Assembly (NCBI RefSeq): GCF_963676685.1
Contig: NC_092353.1
Location: 83,390,001 to 83,454,000 of the forward strand
Source: Mytilus edulis
Taxonomy: Eukaryota
DNA length: 64,000 nucleotides
Direction of reading: 5' to 3'
Shown here: piece by piece, positions 51,601 to 64,000 of the stretch
Position numbering within the stretch: position 1 is the first letter of the stretch
Layout of the letters: each line of letters opens with the position of its first letter
Made by a program: the position numbers and the translations under genes
The notes under the pieces: generated by a model
Told to the model about the DNA's origin: nothing
Databases searched by the model: none
What the model saw: only the letters and a program-made list of their open reading frames with translations

Positions 51601-54600
51601 TTCAACCCATTTCCCTAATTTTCAACTCTGTCATATGAAATCAAAGCTTTAGAAATATCAGATATAAAATCATCACACTTTTTCCATATGGGCTACAACC
51701 TTTGAATCTCACGACAGATGTAAACTTCAACAGCGTTCGTCAAATTCATGTAGATTTGGGATTATAAGGCATTGTTTAAAATATTTATCATAAAATTGAG
51801 AATGGAAATGGGGAATGTGTCAGAGACAACAACCCGACCATAGAAAAAAACACAACAGCAGAAGGTCACCAATAGGTCTTCAATGTAGCGAGAAATTCCC
51901 GCACCCGGAGGCGTCCTTCAGCTGGCCCCTAAACAAATATATACTAGTTCAGTGATAATGAATGCCATACTAATTTCCAAATTGTACACAAGAAACTAAA
52001 ATTAAAATAATACAAGACTAACAAAGGCCAGAGGCTCCTGACTTGGGACAGGCGCAAAAATGCGGCAGGGTTAAACATGTTTGTGAGATCTCAACCCTCC
52101 CCCTATAACTCTAGCCAATGTAGAAAAGTAAACGCATAACAATAGGCACATTAATGCATCTATTATCATTAGTGCTTTGTTCATAATTTTTTACATAAAT
52201 TAGGCAATTAGTTTTCCCTTTTGAATTCTGTTACATTTGTTATTTAGGGGCCATTTAGAGCAGTATGTTTTTTTTTTCATTGTTAATTTTTGTGTCATTT
52301 GGTCTCTTGTGAAGAGTTGTCTCATTGGCAATCATAACACATCTTCTTTTCTTATATTCATATCTGGTTTTCATGGGTACTGGTAACCACAAATTCACAT
52401 ACTAAACAAAAATTTCATTTTAAGTTTCTTTAATAGGATTATAATATGAACCTGTTAAATTTGATACTCTTCAGTCTGAAAACAAATATTGTTTACCAAC
52501 CAAAATTATATTGACACCAACGAAAATCTAAATGAATCCTCAGTATATCTTCAATGGGTATTACAAGCACTTACAAAAATTAAAGTTAGCTACTGCAGTG
52601 ATAGTTATTTGAGACGAGTATATTCATTTTGTGAGTTTGCTTATTATAAATAATAATTAATTCTTTTGTCACTCAAAAGTAATAAATAACAAAGTATAAA
52701 TTTACATTGATCTTATTTTAGTTATAAATGCTGTTGATACAGTGGATTCATGTATTCCTGTGATACTTTGTTTAATGGTTTTGCCCAAGTCTGCCTGCAT
52801 ACCAATATAAAATTAATAATTCCTTGATTTTTTAAATGTGTGGTTAACTCTACCCAGGAAAATTGTTTTTCATAGACACAGTGCAATAACATAAGTTATC
52901 ATTTCCTGTTTTGGATCAACAAAAGTTTTCAGTAGAGAATACAGTGTAAATGTAAAGTAATTTTACAAGAAAAGACTATTACCTCAGAAACAAGAAACAG
53001 CATCAGAAACTTTTGACTCATTATGCCTAGTGATTTGTCTTTTCTCATCAATGCTGAAAAAGAAAATCATTTTTTTTTATTATGTCAAACAAACTTACAG
53101 AAATGTTCATTCTATCAGATGTATTAATTTTATCATGATCTGCTGTTACATTAAACATGGTTGTTATGATTTCAAATAGGGACAAACTGTTACATAATGA
53201 CAAATAATAATGCCCATCTTATTTTTGTCTTCTTCCAGTAAAACATCTGTAAATTTTAATTTTAGTTTTACTTCAGCTACAAAAGAAGAGCCAAACCATC
53301 TTTTTAAAGATTCCCAGCAGCATGTATCAAGGCCAAGTAAAGAATAATTGTAAAAGACTATATTAAGAACTTTTTACAGCTTTGATCTTTTAACTGAAAT
53401 TTACCTGTTCCACCTAGATTTTCAATATTAAATGTTGGTTTTTCAAGCTTGGTTCCACACATAGCTGCATTCTGTTCTGCTAGTTCTCGACTTAACTCAA
53501 AATCTCGTAATTTCTTCATCTGCTCTGCAAAACCTTCTGCATCTCCTAGTGCCTAAAATAAAATGGGTTATTTATAAATTTCTCACCATAATATTCCTAG
53601 AATAACAATTCATTCAATCACTAAATGAAACATTTAAGTCAAGAATATCATATTTCTTATGAACATGCTAACTATCAAAATATAATTGCATTTCAAGTAA
53701 AACCTGAACCAATGATTATTGTTCCTTGTATCAAATCAGGCTGCACAAAAATAAATTGTAAGTGTTTTGCTGTTACCCTTAGTATCCACTTGATGCCCTA
53801 TTTTTTCAATTTGCATCCAGCTCTTCTATTGTGATAATGCATATTAATGAAGTATATCAACAAAAACATTCAAGGTAAACAAATAACTCCTATGACTAGT
53901 ACCCTTATTTTTTCAACATTGTCATTGATGGCAAACGATGTATATGTTTTTAGCACTTTCTAACGATCTGTATGTGATCATGACGTTACCCAAGTTCACA
54001 TGATTATACTGCTTTTCGTGTTATATATTACCTTTAGTTTAGCTAATGTTACAGGCAAGTTAGACTTGCCATGCCAGGCATATTTATTTTTAGCAATTCT
54101 ACTGACTATTTCCACACTCTCTAACACATTTACTATATCATATATCCTTCTTCTTTCTACACCTAAAATCAATAAATATATATATATATATATATAATAT
54201 AATTGTAAATGTGCTATACCTTCATGTTTTATAAATGTGAAAACTGAAATCAAAGATTCTTTGATGTTGTTAAATATACTTTATACTATATAACAGTACT
54301 ACATAAAAGTTACTTAATCTTTTTGTTTCTGTTCTTGTTTTGATTTCCAGATCTCCTCATTTTTTATTATTATTATATAAATCAAGATTAGTGCCCCAGT
54401 CAAATGGTGAGTATATGCAGGCTATTATGTATAACTGAGCACATGTCGTCCTCTATTTACCAAGAGGAGAATTAACTTTCTCAAAAAAAATTCCGGGCAT
54501 TAAATGAAATTAAAGGAATTCAAAACCATGCTTTTATTTCTACTCTTAAACTAGACGTTTACGAAAAGATTTTAAAAATAAAAATATCAAGTAACGTGTT

Positions 54601-57600
54601 CATTTCTTTCAGCAAGATAAAATAGTCTGTTTTGTTGCTGTTGTTTAAATAGAACTGATAGGTTCTCATTTACTATAAAGGATTGCTTGATATAAATTGC
54701 AACCAATAATTAATAAAAAGTTGTAAGGGTTTCTGTAGAACCCTGTGTCTTGCTTGCTATTATTGTAATGTCAGCATAAAAGTGTAATGTTGGCTTAAAA
54801 GCTTCTCTCCAAATTTCATAACATGAATCCATGAAAATTTACAAAAAGGTCAGGTCAAAAAGTCCATCTATCAGAAAAATACTTGAAATAATAACACATT
54901 TCCAAGATTGCTCAGGAAACTGTGTTTTGGCTATAAATGAGCTCTAGTCCAAATTTCATAAAATTCCATGAAACACAGACTGAACTCTTGATGTTGATAA
55001 AATCTATGATCACTTTCAAGACATGATTGCCATAGAGACCACTGATAAGACCCCCTAAGGACAGATGTATTGGGTCACCATGAAGCCTTTAACAATGAAA
55101 ATGTCCATTCAAATCAAAAGCACTTTATAATTAAACTTTGAGATATTAAATATTGCAGAAGCAGACAACAAGAGTTAAATTGAAAAACAATTATTTTGAA
55201 AGATGAGCCCTGTCTTCAGAATTGAGTTTCTTTTTCTTTCCTATATTCCAGCAACTCTTACCTAAATCTTTAGCTATTTCATCTAAGCTTATAACATTAC
55301 TGTCCTTGGTTGTTGGCATTTCAGGATATTTATTCAAAAATCTGTAAATAAATAAAACAAAATATATTGCTGAAACGACATTTGAGTTTATGTACAATTA
55401 ATACTAAGTATAGTGGTTTTGTGAATATCTATTATCTTTATTTCCAAGTTGTGAAAATAATGCTCATAACAATATCTTTGTGTGAAGCTTTGAAATCAAT
55501 GGCTAATATACACCTTTATCAGTCTTCACTATAAACATTCAAATATAGTCCCAAAGCTGAATTTCATGAAAATTATAGTTAAATGCTATTGGCTTGAAGA
55601 GATGATTTTTACAAGCCATGGCAGGTAGGCCTGTGCTTGAGCGTTAAGACTGACTCTATAAATTGAACAAAATCATAAAATTACAGCATTCTTCACTGCC
55701 TTACTCAACTTGTATAATACGAATTATGTACTATTAACGGAGAAATACTCACAAGCAAGGATCCGGAAATTTTTTCACCTAATTTCGGTCATTTTCATAC
55801 AACTTAAAAGTTGATGCCCCTTTTCAAAAAATGATTGTCAAAATCACATTACTGCATGAGACTCATTTTGAGTATGCTCATACTCGATCGTCATGTTCGT
55901 AGCATCAACAAACTTGTTTCACTGTTGCATCGCATTTACTTCATGATTTGTCCTACCATTTTCCAAAAATCGTTCAAGAGCAATTAAGGGAAGGCAACAG
56001 TTTATAAATAAAATGATTTTAATGACTCAAAACGATAATATTCTTAGTTATTGCTTACGTTTCCTTTGATTCTGAAGTCAAAATTCAAACCGGATGTACT
56101 CCGACAATACTAAAATGAACAATTCCGGACTCATTTCCGGGATTAGTTTTGTTTATCCAAATCACAGGAAATCATCGGCTTTTTAATATTTTACCTTTAA
56201 TAGTGTAAGAATATTAATTAAAATAGTTGCACTAGCTTTATTTAGGATGAAATTATTTGATATTTACAATTAATTGTCTAAATCTGTGGAAGAGAATTTC
56301 AAACATGCGTATTACATAGTAAACAAAGCACGTGTGTTAGAAGTAAAAAAATATTTTTTTCTATGAAATTTAACCAAGTTTTTATTTAATTTTAAATCAT
56401 AATTGACAATTGTCTGACCTGTTGAGTAATTAAATAATGAAGCCAGTTGGTATGGAATTTTTATTTCTTTATAATAATAGTTTGGAGCTTGTGATTAATT
56501 GCCAGGTGTGAATTAAAAACACAGGTAAAGAGATTAGCAATCATTAGCCAATAGCTCCCCGAGGCATTAATATAGTTATTAGGAGGGCCCTCAGGATTAT
56601 AACACTATAATGAAGTGGCAGTTTAATTACAGGAAGTCGATAACAAACAAAAATATGTTCAAAATGGCGATTTTGAAAGTCGATCTCAACGAAATGACCG
56701 AAATTATTACGGTTGAAAAATAAAATTTGACCTAAATCCCAATTAAAAGTTTAGGACATTATAGTTTCAGTTTAGGACATGACTGGCAAATATGACCGTT
56801 TCCGGACCCTTGCTCACAAGTGTGCTCCCTAAATATTTCACAAAGCAAAACCGCTGAGCAAACTTTTCAAAATAAAACTTTGTTACTTAATTTGGTTTCC
56901 CTAGGATAATCTTAGTTTTAAAATAACTCCTTCTAAGAATGCAATATAATAAATGCACAGATTTGTGTATAGATGAATAAGAACCAAAAACTATGATTTT
57001 TTTTATGATGTCCTAATTGATGAACTATTTTTTAATGTGACATGTCCTATGATGAACTATGTACAAATCTTACTTGGCACAAAGCAATCCAAGTGATTTT
57101 TCTTTCCTGGAACCAGCTGGCTTCCAATCAAAATCATCTCCAAAGTCAGGTGGTTCTACAACTACCACATCATCATCAGTTCCAATTGATATGTCCTTCA
57201 TTTTGCTTTCCCTATCTCTAATTTCCGGACTGACGGCACTAAAAAGCATTTTAAGATTAGTTGTTGGTGTGAGAGGTGCAGCAATTTCTTCTCCGTCCTC
57301 TTTACCTTCTTGTACTGGAGTTGTTGGTCTACTGTCAGGGCTTTCTCCTTCTTTGATAGGTTTAGTACTTTCTTTTTGTTTCTGAGACTTTTTTGCTTTT
57401 TCAGAAATTCTGTTTATATTTGTTGATTTTGAAAATGGGACTCTTTCCTCGCCTTTAGATGCTTCCTCTGACATATCTGAAAAAGACATCATAATGTCAT
57501 ACCGTTAGTTTATATCATCATTATTTTCTCATTCAATCTAAAGATAGAATAACAACTCAAGAACGATAAAGCTAAAATCATGAAAACTGAACTTGACTGT

Positions 57601-59418
57601 CATTTAGTCTGGGGAAACAACATATATCTAAATTTGAAAATATTTGTCAAAGCATTTAAAAGTTACTGCACGGACAACAGTCTAAGAATCACTATTTGCT
57701 GCTGAAAGGTCTGATCTACAACTTAAAAATACAAGTAAAAATCACGAAAACTAAACTTGTTCTTCAATTAGACATCAGAGACAACACATATTTATCTCAA
57801 ATTAAAATGATTTCAGTGTTTTCAAGTTATTGTACGGCCCACACTCATTGCATCACTTGGCTTTACTTGAAAAACTACAACTCAACAACAAGCTTAATCT
57901 GTAAAATCAAACTTTACCTTCATTTAAGGAACATTGAGTAATCTTGTTTTTTTTTTATTAGTACTAGTATTTACAAAGCTTTGGTTAAACACATAAGAAA
58001 AGTGTTGGAATATTATGGTTTCAAAAGCTATAGCTAGTGGTTTGAAAAAAAAATTGGTGAATAGTGACACAGAAAATTCACCAAGAAGTGTATACGTATG
58101 ATTCAGTCATCTTTAAGTTATAATAGTATTTTCATTTTTAAAATCTAATTCTTGACAGGACAATGCAGTAATGTCTAGATTGCATTGCACATGTGTATTA
58201 TTTAAAATATGGTTTGTATGCAAATGCCCTCCTGTGGCCCTTATTTGGTGAATAAATATTCTATAATATACATAATGGGATTATCTTGTTTTCCTGATCA
58301 CTTTTTGTGTAATAATGCATTCATATATGAAAGATTGATTTAGGGGGACAGGAAAAACTGTTCCGCTATCAAGGAGCTACAAATGTGGTTATTGGCACAT
58401 TCCTTTTTTCTTCAAAATCCTAGATCTGCATATGAATATGTTTAAATCAGTTTGAACTTGTAAGAGTCACAAAATTAATTCTGGTGAAAACATTTCTTTT
58501 CGGGTTAAAAATTGACCAAACAAACTTAATTTCATTCTTTTTGGCAATACCTTTCACTTTCAGACAAGTTTCATTCTGATATGTTTCATGTTCATTTCTG
58601 CCACTGCTTTTAGGTTTGTTGTTGTTTACAAAAAAAAAAAATTGTTATGTTCCCCAAGGTCAGACAATCTTACCACATACAAATACTTCTGTGTCATTTA
58701 TGAAATCCTTAACAAATTTCTTAATTTTCTGTAAGGTTGAACAGAAAACAGTTGGGATTGTTTCTGGCGTTCAAAATTTTGATAAGCTAGCGCGTTCAAA
58801 TTTGGCGCGTGATCGTGTGTGCCATACCGGCCCGCCTACTGCATATCGACAATAACGGACTTTGTTGTGATCTTCTTTCACAGTTCACTGCCGTTGTATC
58901 ATGTCGATTTAATCAATAATGAATAGATCAATTAAGAAACATTTCATTAATTAACGCATGTCAATTACAGTCAGTTGTTACAGCAGCCAAAAGACATTAT
59001 TTTTGTTTGAAATACAGAAGGGCCGCAAATTAGGTCAATTGATCAAAAATGGCACGTAAAAGTTCGCGGAAAAATTACCGGCTTAGACATGACAACTGCG
59101 AGATATTGATTGTGAAGACATTCTTTTATCAAATAAACTTCTTTCTAAACTCTAAATATTATAAAATAACTTAACAAACGTAATAACGTTTCATTAAGAG
59201 CCAAATTTTTCATTAAATCATCTTACAAGGGGATACTTAGCCATCGCGTCAAATCCTCTTCAAATGTGGGTCAGGCATATTTGTATTCAATTATCCATTA
59301 AATCAGCCAAAAAGAAAGGTGAAATCACAGTCTACTGGTGGTAGGCCATTCAATACAATCATCATAAACAATAAATAGAACACAACTTACTTGGGGAATC
59401 GTCTGGCTCTTGTTTCAT
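44555..59418 (-). CDS. E2F7/8: Atypical E2F transcription factor (E2F7/E2F8 family), 12 coding exons, ~826 aa
   Basis: Hand-spliced exons 59418-59391, 57476-57074, 55341-55262, 54162-54032, 53552-53405, 53053-52983, 51229-51145, 49350-49207, 48723-48652, 48239-48198, 47181-46984, 45633-44555. All are GT-AG and phase-compatible (2481 nt). Motifs: N-terminal [23 protein letters not shown]; DBD1 [26 protein letters not shown]; DBD2 [42 protein letters not shown]. Confidence 0.95.
45804..46100. mobile_element. piggyBac-like MITE, copy 1
   Basis: TTAA TSD; CCCTTTCCTCCAT / ATGGAGGAAAGGG TIR. Confidence 0.88.
46421..46715. mobile_element. piggyBac-like MITE, copy 2 (inverted relative to copy 1)
   Basis: Same TIR and TTAA; internal sequence is the reverse complement of copy 1. 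Confidence 0.88.
46984..47181 (-). CDS. E2F7/8: E2F7/8 exon 11
   Basis: ...[24 protein letters not shown]...; symmetric phase 1. Confidence 0.8.
48198..48239 (-). CDS. E2F7/8: E2F7/8 exon 10 (42-nt microexon)
   Basis: TTGCAG acceptor, GTAAGT donor, open frame [14 protein letters not shown], symmetric phase 1. Confidence 0.6.
48652..48723 (-). CDS. E2F7/8: E2F7/8 exon 9
   Basis: [24 protein letters not shown]; symmetric phase 1, AG/GT bounded. Confidence 0.7.
49207..49350 (-). CDS. E2F7/8: E2F7/8 exon 8 (DBD2 RRLYD motif)
   Basis: [39 protein letters not shown]. Confidence 0.95.
49662..50277. repeat. 44-bp minisatellite x14 carrying TGACGTCA and TATAAA
   Basis: Unit GTGACCATGCCTGATGACGTCACCTATAAAGTACACAACTTTCT. 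Confidence 0.97.
50584..50898. repeat. 79-bp tandem repeat x4, essentially identical copies
   Basis: AAAGTTTGAGGCTG starts at 50584, 50663, 50742 and 50821. Confidence 0.96.
51145..51229 (-). CDS. E2F7/8: E2F7/8 exon 7 (DBD2)
   Basis: [20 protein letters not shown]. Confidence 0.92.
51790..52155 (+). repeat. Abundant interspersed repeat (AAAATTGAGAATGGAAATGGGGAATGTGTC family)
   Basis: Related pieces at 2120-2330, 16560-16665, 36660-36740 and 38330-38420. The companion family ending GAGTTGTCTCATTGGCAATCATACCACATC occurs near 3480, 18080, 20975, 23140, 38175, 47640, 51270 (minus) and 52315. Confidence 0.8.
52983..53053 (-). CDS. E2F7/8: E2F7/8 exon 6 (DBD2 start)
   Basis: [23 protein letters not shown]. 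Confidence 0.92.
53405..53552 (-). CDS. E2F7/8: E2F7/8 exon 5 (inter-DBD linker)
   Basis: [20 protein letters not shown]...; phase 0 to phase 1, AG/GT bounded; absent from the ORF track. Confidence 0.85.
54032..54162 (-). CDS. E2F7/8: E2F7/8 exon 4 (DBD1 RRIYD motif)
   Basis: [31 protein letters not shown]. Confidence 0.95.
55262..55341 (-). CDS. E2F7/8: E2F7/8 exon 3 (DBD1)
   Basis: [17 protein letters not shown]; TACAG acceptor, GTAAG donor. Confidence 0.92.
55756..56812. mobile_element. hAT-like non-autonomous transposon
   Basis: 14-bp TIR CAAGG(A/G)TCCGGAAA; perfect 8-bp TSD CTCACAAG (55748-55755, 56813-56820). Confidence 0.88.
57074..57476 (-). CDS. E2F7/8: E2F7/8 exon 2 (N-terminus, start of DBD1)
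   Basis: CTAAC branch-like site plus TTTTTCAG acceptor; encodes [15 protein letters not shown] and [13 protein letters not shown]; donor AA|GTAAG. Confidence 0.9.
58674..58809 (-). promoter_or_regulatory. Second E2F/CHR element and candidate alternative first exon of E2F7/8
   Basis: Minus strand CGCGCCAAA-TTTGAA (58809-58795), followed downstream by a strong donor GTG|GTAAGA at 58673. Confidence 0.5.
59391..59418 (-). CDS. E2F7/8: E2F7/8 probable first coding exon (MKQEPDDSP)
   Basis: ATG...CCAA|GTAAGT, phase 1. Joins in frame to the acceptor at 57477-57479 and lies just downstream of E2F sites. Confidence 0.6.
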
Positions 59419-59614
59419 TCTTGGTATTTTGGCTCCTTTCCAAATGAGGTTTGTGTGGATGACGTAGGTGGGTTTGAAAGGTTACAAATATCATATGTGT
59501 CTACGGAGCTAAAAAATAATATCCTTCAGATAAAAACCAACAAATAAAGACTATTCCTAACGATTCTCGTAGACAAACGAAAAATTCTCTGTCAACTGAC
59601 TACAACAACAACAT

Positions 59615-59729
59615 TTTCCGCGGAAATTTGGCGCGAGATGATGCGGGGTTTAAGACAGAAAGGAAACGCCCATATTATTATTTCCAATGAGATTTGAAAG
59701 CCATTTTGATTGAAATGCTTTTGGCCAAT
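59615..59729 (-). promoter_or_regulatory. E2F7/8 promoter: tandem E2F sites and CCAAT boxes
   Basis: TTTCCGCGGAAA palindrome (59615-59626) abutting TTTGGCGCG (59627-59635); CCAAT at 59684 and 59725; about 200 bp upstream of the first ATG. Confidence 0.7.
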
Positions 59730-61298
59730 CAGAATATTGATTCAGGGGTCAGTTCAAAGTTTGACAGGTCAATGTCTTTGAACAAGTCTAAGCCATGTGC
59801 AGCATAGATTAAACGAAAAACAAGTCGTGACAAAATTGTTTATTCCTCAGCACTGTTAATTTGAGAAAAAAAAACAATGTGTGAAAATATATATAATTAT
59901 ACCCCTGACACTAAAAATAGGGCTCATCTTCCCAAACTTTCCTTTCCCTGAGAAAAAAAATGTACAAAAAGTATTTAACACTAATGTTCGTGACGTATTA
60001 CACAAGGAAGTGCGTGTTTTCTTCAATACACACCTGCAATGGAATACACAAATATTTAAATTGTGACGAAAATGGTAAATGTCTTGGATATTTATTTGCT
60101 TTACCCTTCATGCTATGAATTATTAATACTGCAGTGCTTTCTTTTGGAAATATGAATGACCACATACGTAAGATTTATTGACGAAAACAAGGAAATTTAC
60201 TAAAACATCAAAAACAGGTGACTTTTCACTTTTTCAGATTTCATCATGTTGTAAATAAACAAGGAATGGCAACACATGGAGACCAACACTATCAACCCTA
60301 CCCACCCAATTCTGTGGAAGAAACAATCAAGGTAGGTAAATAATATACAATTTAATTAAACTTCATTTAGCATATGAATGACCAATGACAAAGTGTCAAT
60401 ATTAACAGATGATCCATCCAGGTGTTTATTTTAAACTTGTAACATATTTGACTGTATTTAGATAAAACTAATATGTCAGTTATAAATTAAAATGTAAACT
60501 TGCAGAAGAATAAAACTAAATTAAAGATACCCATGATTAAGAATGATAAAAACTACAGGTGCAATATATTATATATATGATGATAAATTAGTAATATAAA
60601 AAATCAGAAAAGAAACTCTTAACTTGAAAGATGTTGCCATGTAATGTTAAAAAATCAAATGAATTCATTTTATGGACACATATTAAAATAATTCTGAATT
60701 TGAGTGTAGCATGATGCCATCAGTGGCACAAGGCTCTTTAGAGAATACATTTGTTTATCTTAATATAATAGTGGCTTTGTTTACCTATAAGAGCAAATAA
60801 AGATGGATCAGTTTTAATGTAATAGGCTATAACTGTCTGGATGTACATAATTTTGTCACCTTTCAGTTTCTTCACAGTCTTATTAAAATTTCATATTGTG
60901 TCCGAAGATTTGAATGATAAATAAGGTCAGTCCCTAGTCATCACTTTAAACATATCTGAAGTACCAAAACAATTTCTACTCTGTTTTGCCCAATGTCAGG
61001 CAACCCTGGGAATGTCTCTAAAATCTAGCATTTTCATCAAAATGAATAATGCAACATACATTTAATTTGATGATAAGGAGATGTGGTATCCCCATAAGTT
61101 CAAATGAAGTGGATTTTTTTTTTGCCTTCGACAATGAGAAAAACCCATGCTGTATAGTTATCTATAGAAGGCCTTATATGATACAGTTCAATTGAGAATA
61201 ACTAACAGCCTGCTTTTAATCCTTCAGTGTGGTAGATAGCTAGGTTGCAAAGGAAATTTAATACACAAATTGAATTAATGGAAAAAAATTATATAAAT

Positions 61299-61496
61299 TG
61301 AGGGGGATAGGACCTTTATCGGGACTCCGGGATCAGGTGTTTTTAAGCTTGAGATTTCGGGACTGACCCTGCCGGGGAACTGGGAATTTTTTTTTTCTTC
61401 GAATTTTGGGATTTCAATTTATTTCAATTCGGGACCTCAGGATTTCGTGTTTTGAAGCCCGGGATTTCGGGATCAGGACCCCTCCTATCCCCCTCA
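61299..61496. mobile_element. MITE (TGAGGGGGATAGGA TIR)
   Basis: 14-bp TIR; internal CGGGA repeats; TSD imperfect. Confidence 0.65.
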
Positions 61497-62941
61497 TAAA
61501 AGGGCTGAATAAAAATAGTATTTGGGTCAACATTCACAATTAATTCTCCGTAGGCGGTAATGGTAGCGTTTTCCTCCGTTGCTCAGTCCATATCGTTTAC
61601 TTGAACATGTATGATGGCTCAAATCGAAGCTGATACATTTATACATGTCTGGTTAAATTTTCGGGGTGGCAAGTGAGATTACTTTTTTCGCAAATTGCTG
61701 GACCCCGGAAGATGGTGAAAAATGTCACTCTCCTCATGAAATAATCCCAAAATTCTGATCATAAAATTCAATAAAAAAATTGTCCTTTCTAATAATTTAT
61801 TTCAGGTCAAATCTATATATTTCTTTTCTCATCACATCAGCTCTATAAAACAGTTCTTATTGTTCATTTATGTCCATTTTTAAAATCACAGCATCCACAA
61901 TTGTATGGCGGACTAATATTTTTTTTTAATTAAGTCATCTGAGTTCCTCATGTCAAGGTCTATTAGGGATCCTGACCCATTTGGGTGGTATTAACAGCTT
62001 TTTATATGACCACTATAAATATGCATTTGTATAATGCTTTTGTGGTGGCATTGTCTTTGTTGGTAGGGACAGGGTCGTCATTTGAATACACATTTGATTT
62101 CCAGACAATAACTTAAGTTTAAGTGAATGGATCTCTTTGAAATTAAACCAAACACGGTTCAATACCATGAAAGAAAGGTGGGGATTGATTTTGGGGGTTA
62201 TGGTACCAACAGCTTAGGAAAAAGTGGCCAAAAACACACATCTTTTGTTTTTTCCAGACAATTATTTGTGTGCAAGTTTATGGATCTCTTTGAAATTGTA
62301 CCTGAATGTTCAAAACCACAACGGAAAAGCTGGAATTGAGGATTGGAGTAAATGCTCCAAACGTTGAGCTTAGACACTACTGCTACATTGATGAAATTGT
62401 TTGATGATGATCTTACAATTGTTTCAAAATGGATACTAGTAGATAATTTTGTGCATTTGAATTAACTCCATACCTATTTATACCTACTGAGAAAAAAAAA
62501 ATCATTCATTGATATTCAGAGATGACAAATTTTGAGCTTGTAGCCAATATTTCTTTTCATTCTTTTTTCTTTTTTTATAGAACAAAAAATAAAAATTTAA
62601 GCAATACCTTTCCCGAATACTTTTCTTCATACATGTTACAGTATACAACCAATTAAGTTTTCAAATATCAGTCTTTTTAAATATATTCAATCTATCATTT
62701 CCTCAAGTTTATTGTGCTTAATATTCATAAAATAAAAAAGAAGTTTATAACATGCAGTCCTCTAAATTATCACAGGACCAAGAGTACAACAAAATGTACA
62801 TGTCCTATAAAAATAAATTTGGTCCTGTCTATTTTTGTTAATTTTGTAATACATTCCTAAAAAAGATTTGAAGAATCATCAATTTGGTCCTTTAAATGCC
62901 AAACCCCATTTCTATGAGTGTTCTAATTGTCACTAAATGGC

Positions 62942-63287
62942 ATATAACAGGCTATTATTTGAACTTGGAATTATTTTTAATTATGGAATTTGCATAATTT
63001 TTTGTGTTTAAAATTTTTAATAAATTCCATGTTTATTTTGTATTATGATCTTTTGAGCGGTTAATTATAAACACTTTCCATACAATGTATTTTGGTTAGA
63101 TATTGTTGTGCGCAGCACAGTACATTCAATTGAAAATAGAATGTACTGTGTAATAGAAAGTGTTGTGCACAGCACAGAACATTTCAGTACAGAATAAACA
63201 TGGAATTTATTAAAAATTCAATAACAAGAAATCAAGCAAATTCCATAATTAAAAATAATTCCAAGTTCAAATAATAGCCTGTTATAT
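62942..63287. mobile_element. Foldback/palindromic element
   Basis: Perfect ~52-bp outer arms ATATAACAGGCTATTATTTGAACTTGG.../...CCAAGTTCAAATAATAGCCTGTTATAT, extending imperfectly to about 100 bp. Confidence 0.85.
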
Positions 63288-64000
63288 TTTAATACTCAAC
63301 GTAGCAATTGCATTAAATGGATTTTTTTGTTGTGGAATTTTATTTATAAGCAAAAGTGTATCAGATTGATTAGAACAACAAATATCTCTTTCATTATTCT
63401 GATGTAAATTACAAATCAGTTTCATTGCATTTAATCCATTTTACTTGATGATTCATCACCTTTGACTGTGTATTGAGTTTTGCTCCAGAAATAAAAAGAA
63501 ATGTAACCAAGTGTTATGGAATTTAAAATGCCAGAAGATGTTAATAAGGGCACTGTGTGAAATATGGTCATTTTGACATTTGAACTACATTTGTAAGTGG
63601 AAACATGTCGACTTGGGTCAGTTCCAACCTGACAAGACTGTTTTAAATTAATAAGGTTCCTCATGTAAACAAGCTCTGTTTATTTTGAGAGAAAACACTC
63701 AAATTTGTCTGTATGTTCTGAGTATCCACAGAATAATGTTCCATTGATATTATTGATTAAAGTGAAATGCAGTGATAGAATTGGGTGGGTAAAGTAGGGG
63801 ACCCTTCTTTTATACCCCCTACTTGTACAATGTATTTCAACCTAAATTCACAGAGGAATATTTGACAAAATATGATCACTCATGATTTCTTAAGTCAATA
63901 ATTGTACATAGAAACTGAGACTACCGATGTTACACATGGAAAGGATACTTGAAAATACATTATGGACTTTTTTTTGCTTTAAAACTCTGTAATTTTGAAA

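Noticed and set aside
57059-57385. + strand ORFs overlapping exons (57059-57385, 54000-54197, 49194-49376, 45219-45440, 26994-27212, 36067-36299)
   Set aside because: Antisense shadows of real minus-strand exons.
57477-57537. E2F7/8 start at ATG 57492 using the acceptor at 57538
   Set aside because: A better branch point and acceptor at 57477-57479 joins exon 1a in frame; the upstream acceptor gives immediate stops. Not fully excluded.
61520-61985. Possible TIR element (TGGGTCA..TGACCCA)
   Set aside because: Only a 7-bp match and no TSD; insufficient evidence.

Overview
AT-rich, repeat-dense eukaryotic DNA. The repeat families resemble those of a bivalve, most likely Mytilus; this is inferred from pattern recognition, not a search. 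Two spliced minus-strand genes can be built by hand from GT/AG sites with consistent phases. (1) An atypical E2F (E2F7/8) with two DNA-binding domains, 12 coding exons and about 826 aa (59418->44555), with E2F/CHR/CCAAT motifs at two candidate first exons. (2) An uncharacterised gene (37045->19886, about 451 aa, with an alternative first exon giving about 406 aa). It encodes two TM helices, a loop with coiled-coil character and N-glycosylation sequons, and a C-terminal alpha/beta domain with a TIR/SEFIR-like strand pattern. The remainder is mobile or repetitive DNA: a decayed tyrosine-recombinase retrotransposon with split direct repeats (6488-11531) and a nested insertion, Penelope-like RT remnants with hammerhead-like motifs, and non-autonomous elements with Helentron-, Ginger-, Mutator-, piggyBac-, hAT- and Harbinger-like ends. 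There are also several elements with a short TIR plus a long terminal hairpin, a 5.1-kb 74-bp intronic satellite with higher-order structure, a CRE+TATA minisatellite, and a mucin-like Thr/Ser tract with an internal inversion. No rRNA, intact tRNA or CRISPR array was seen.
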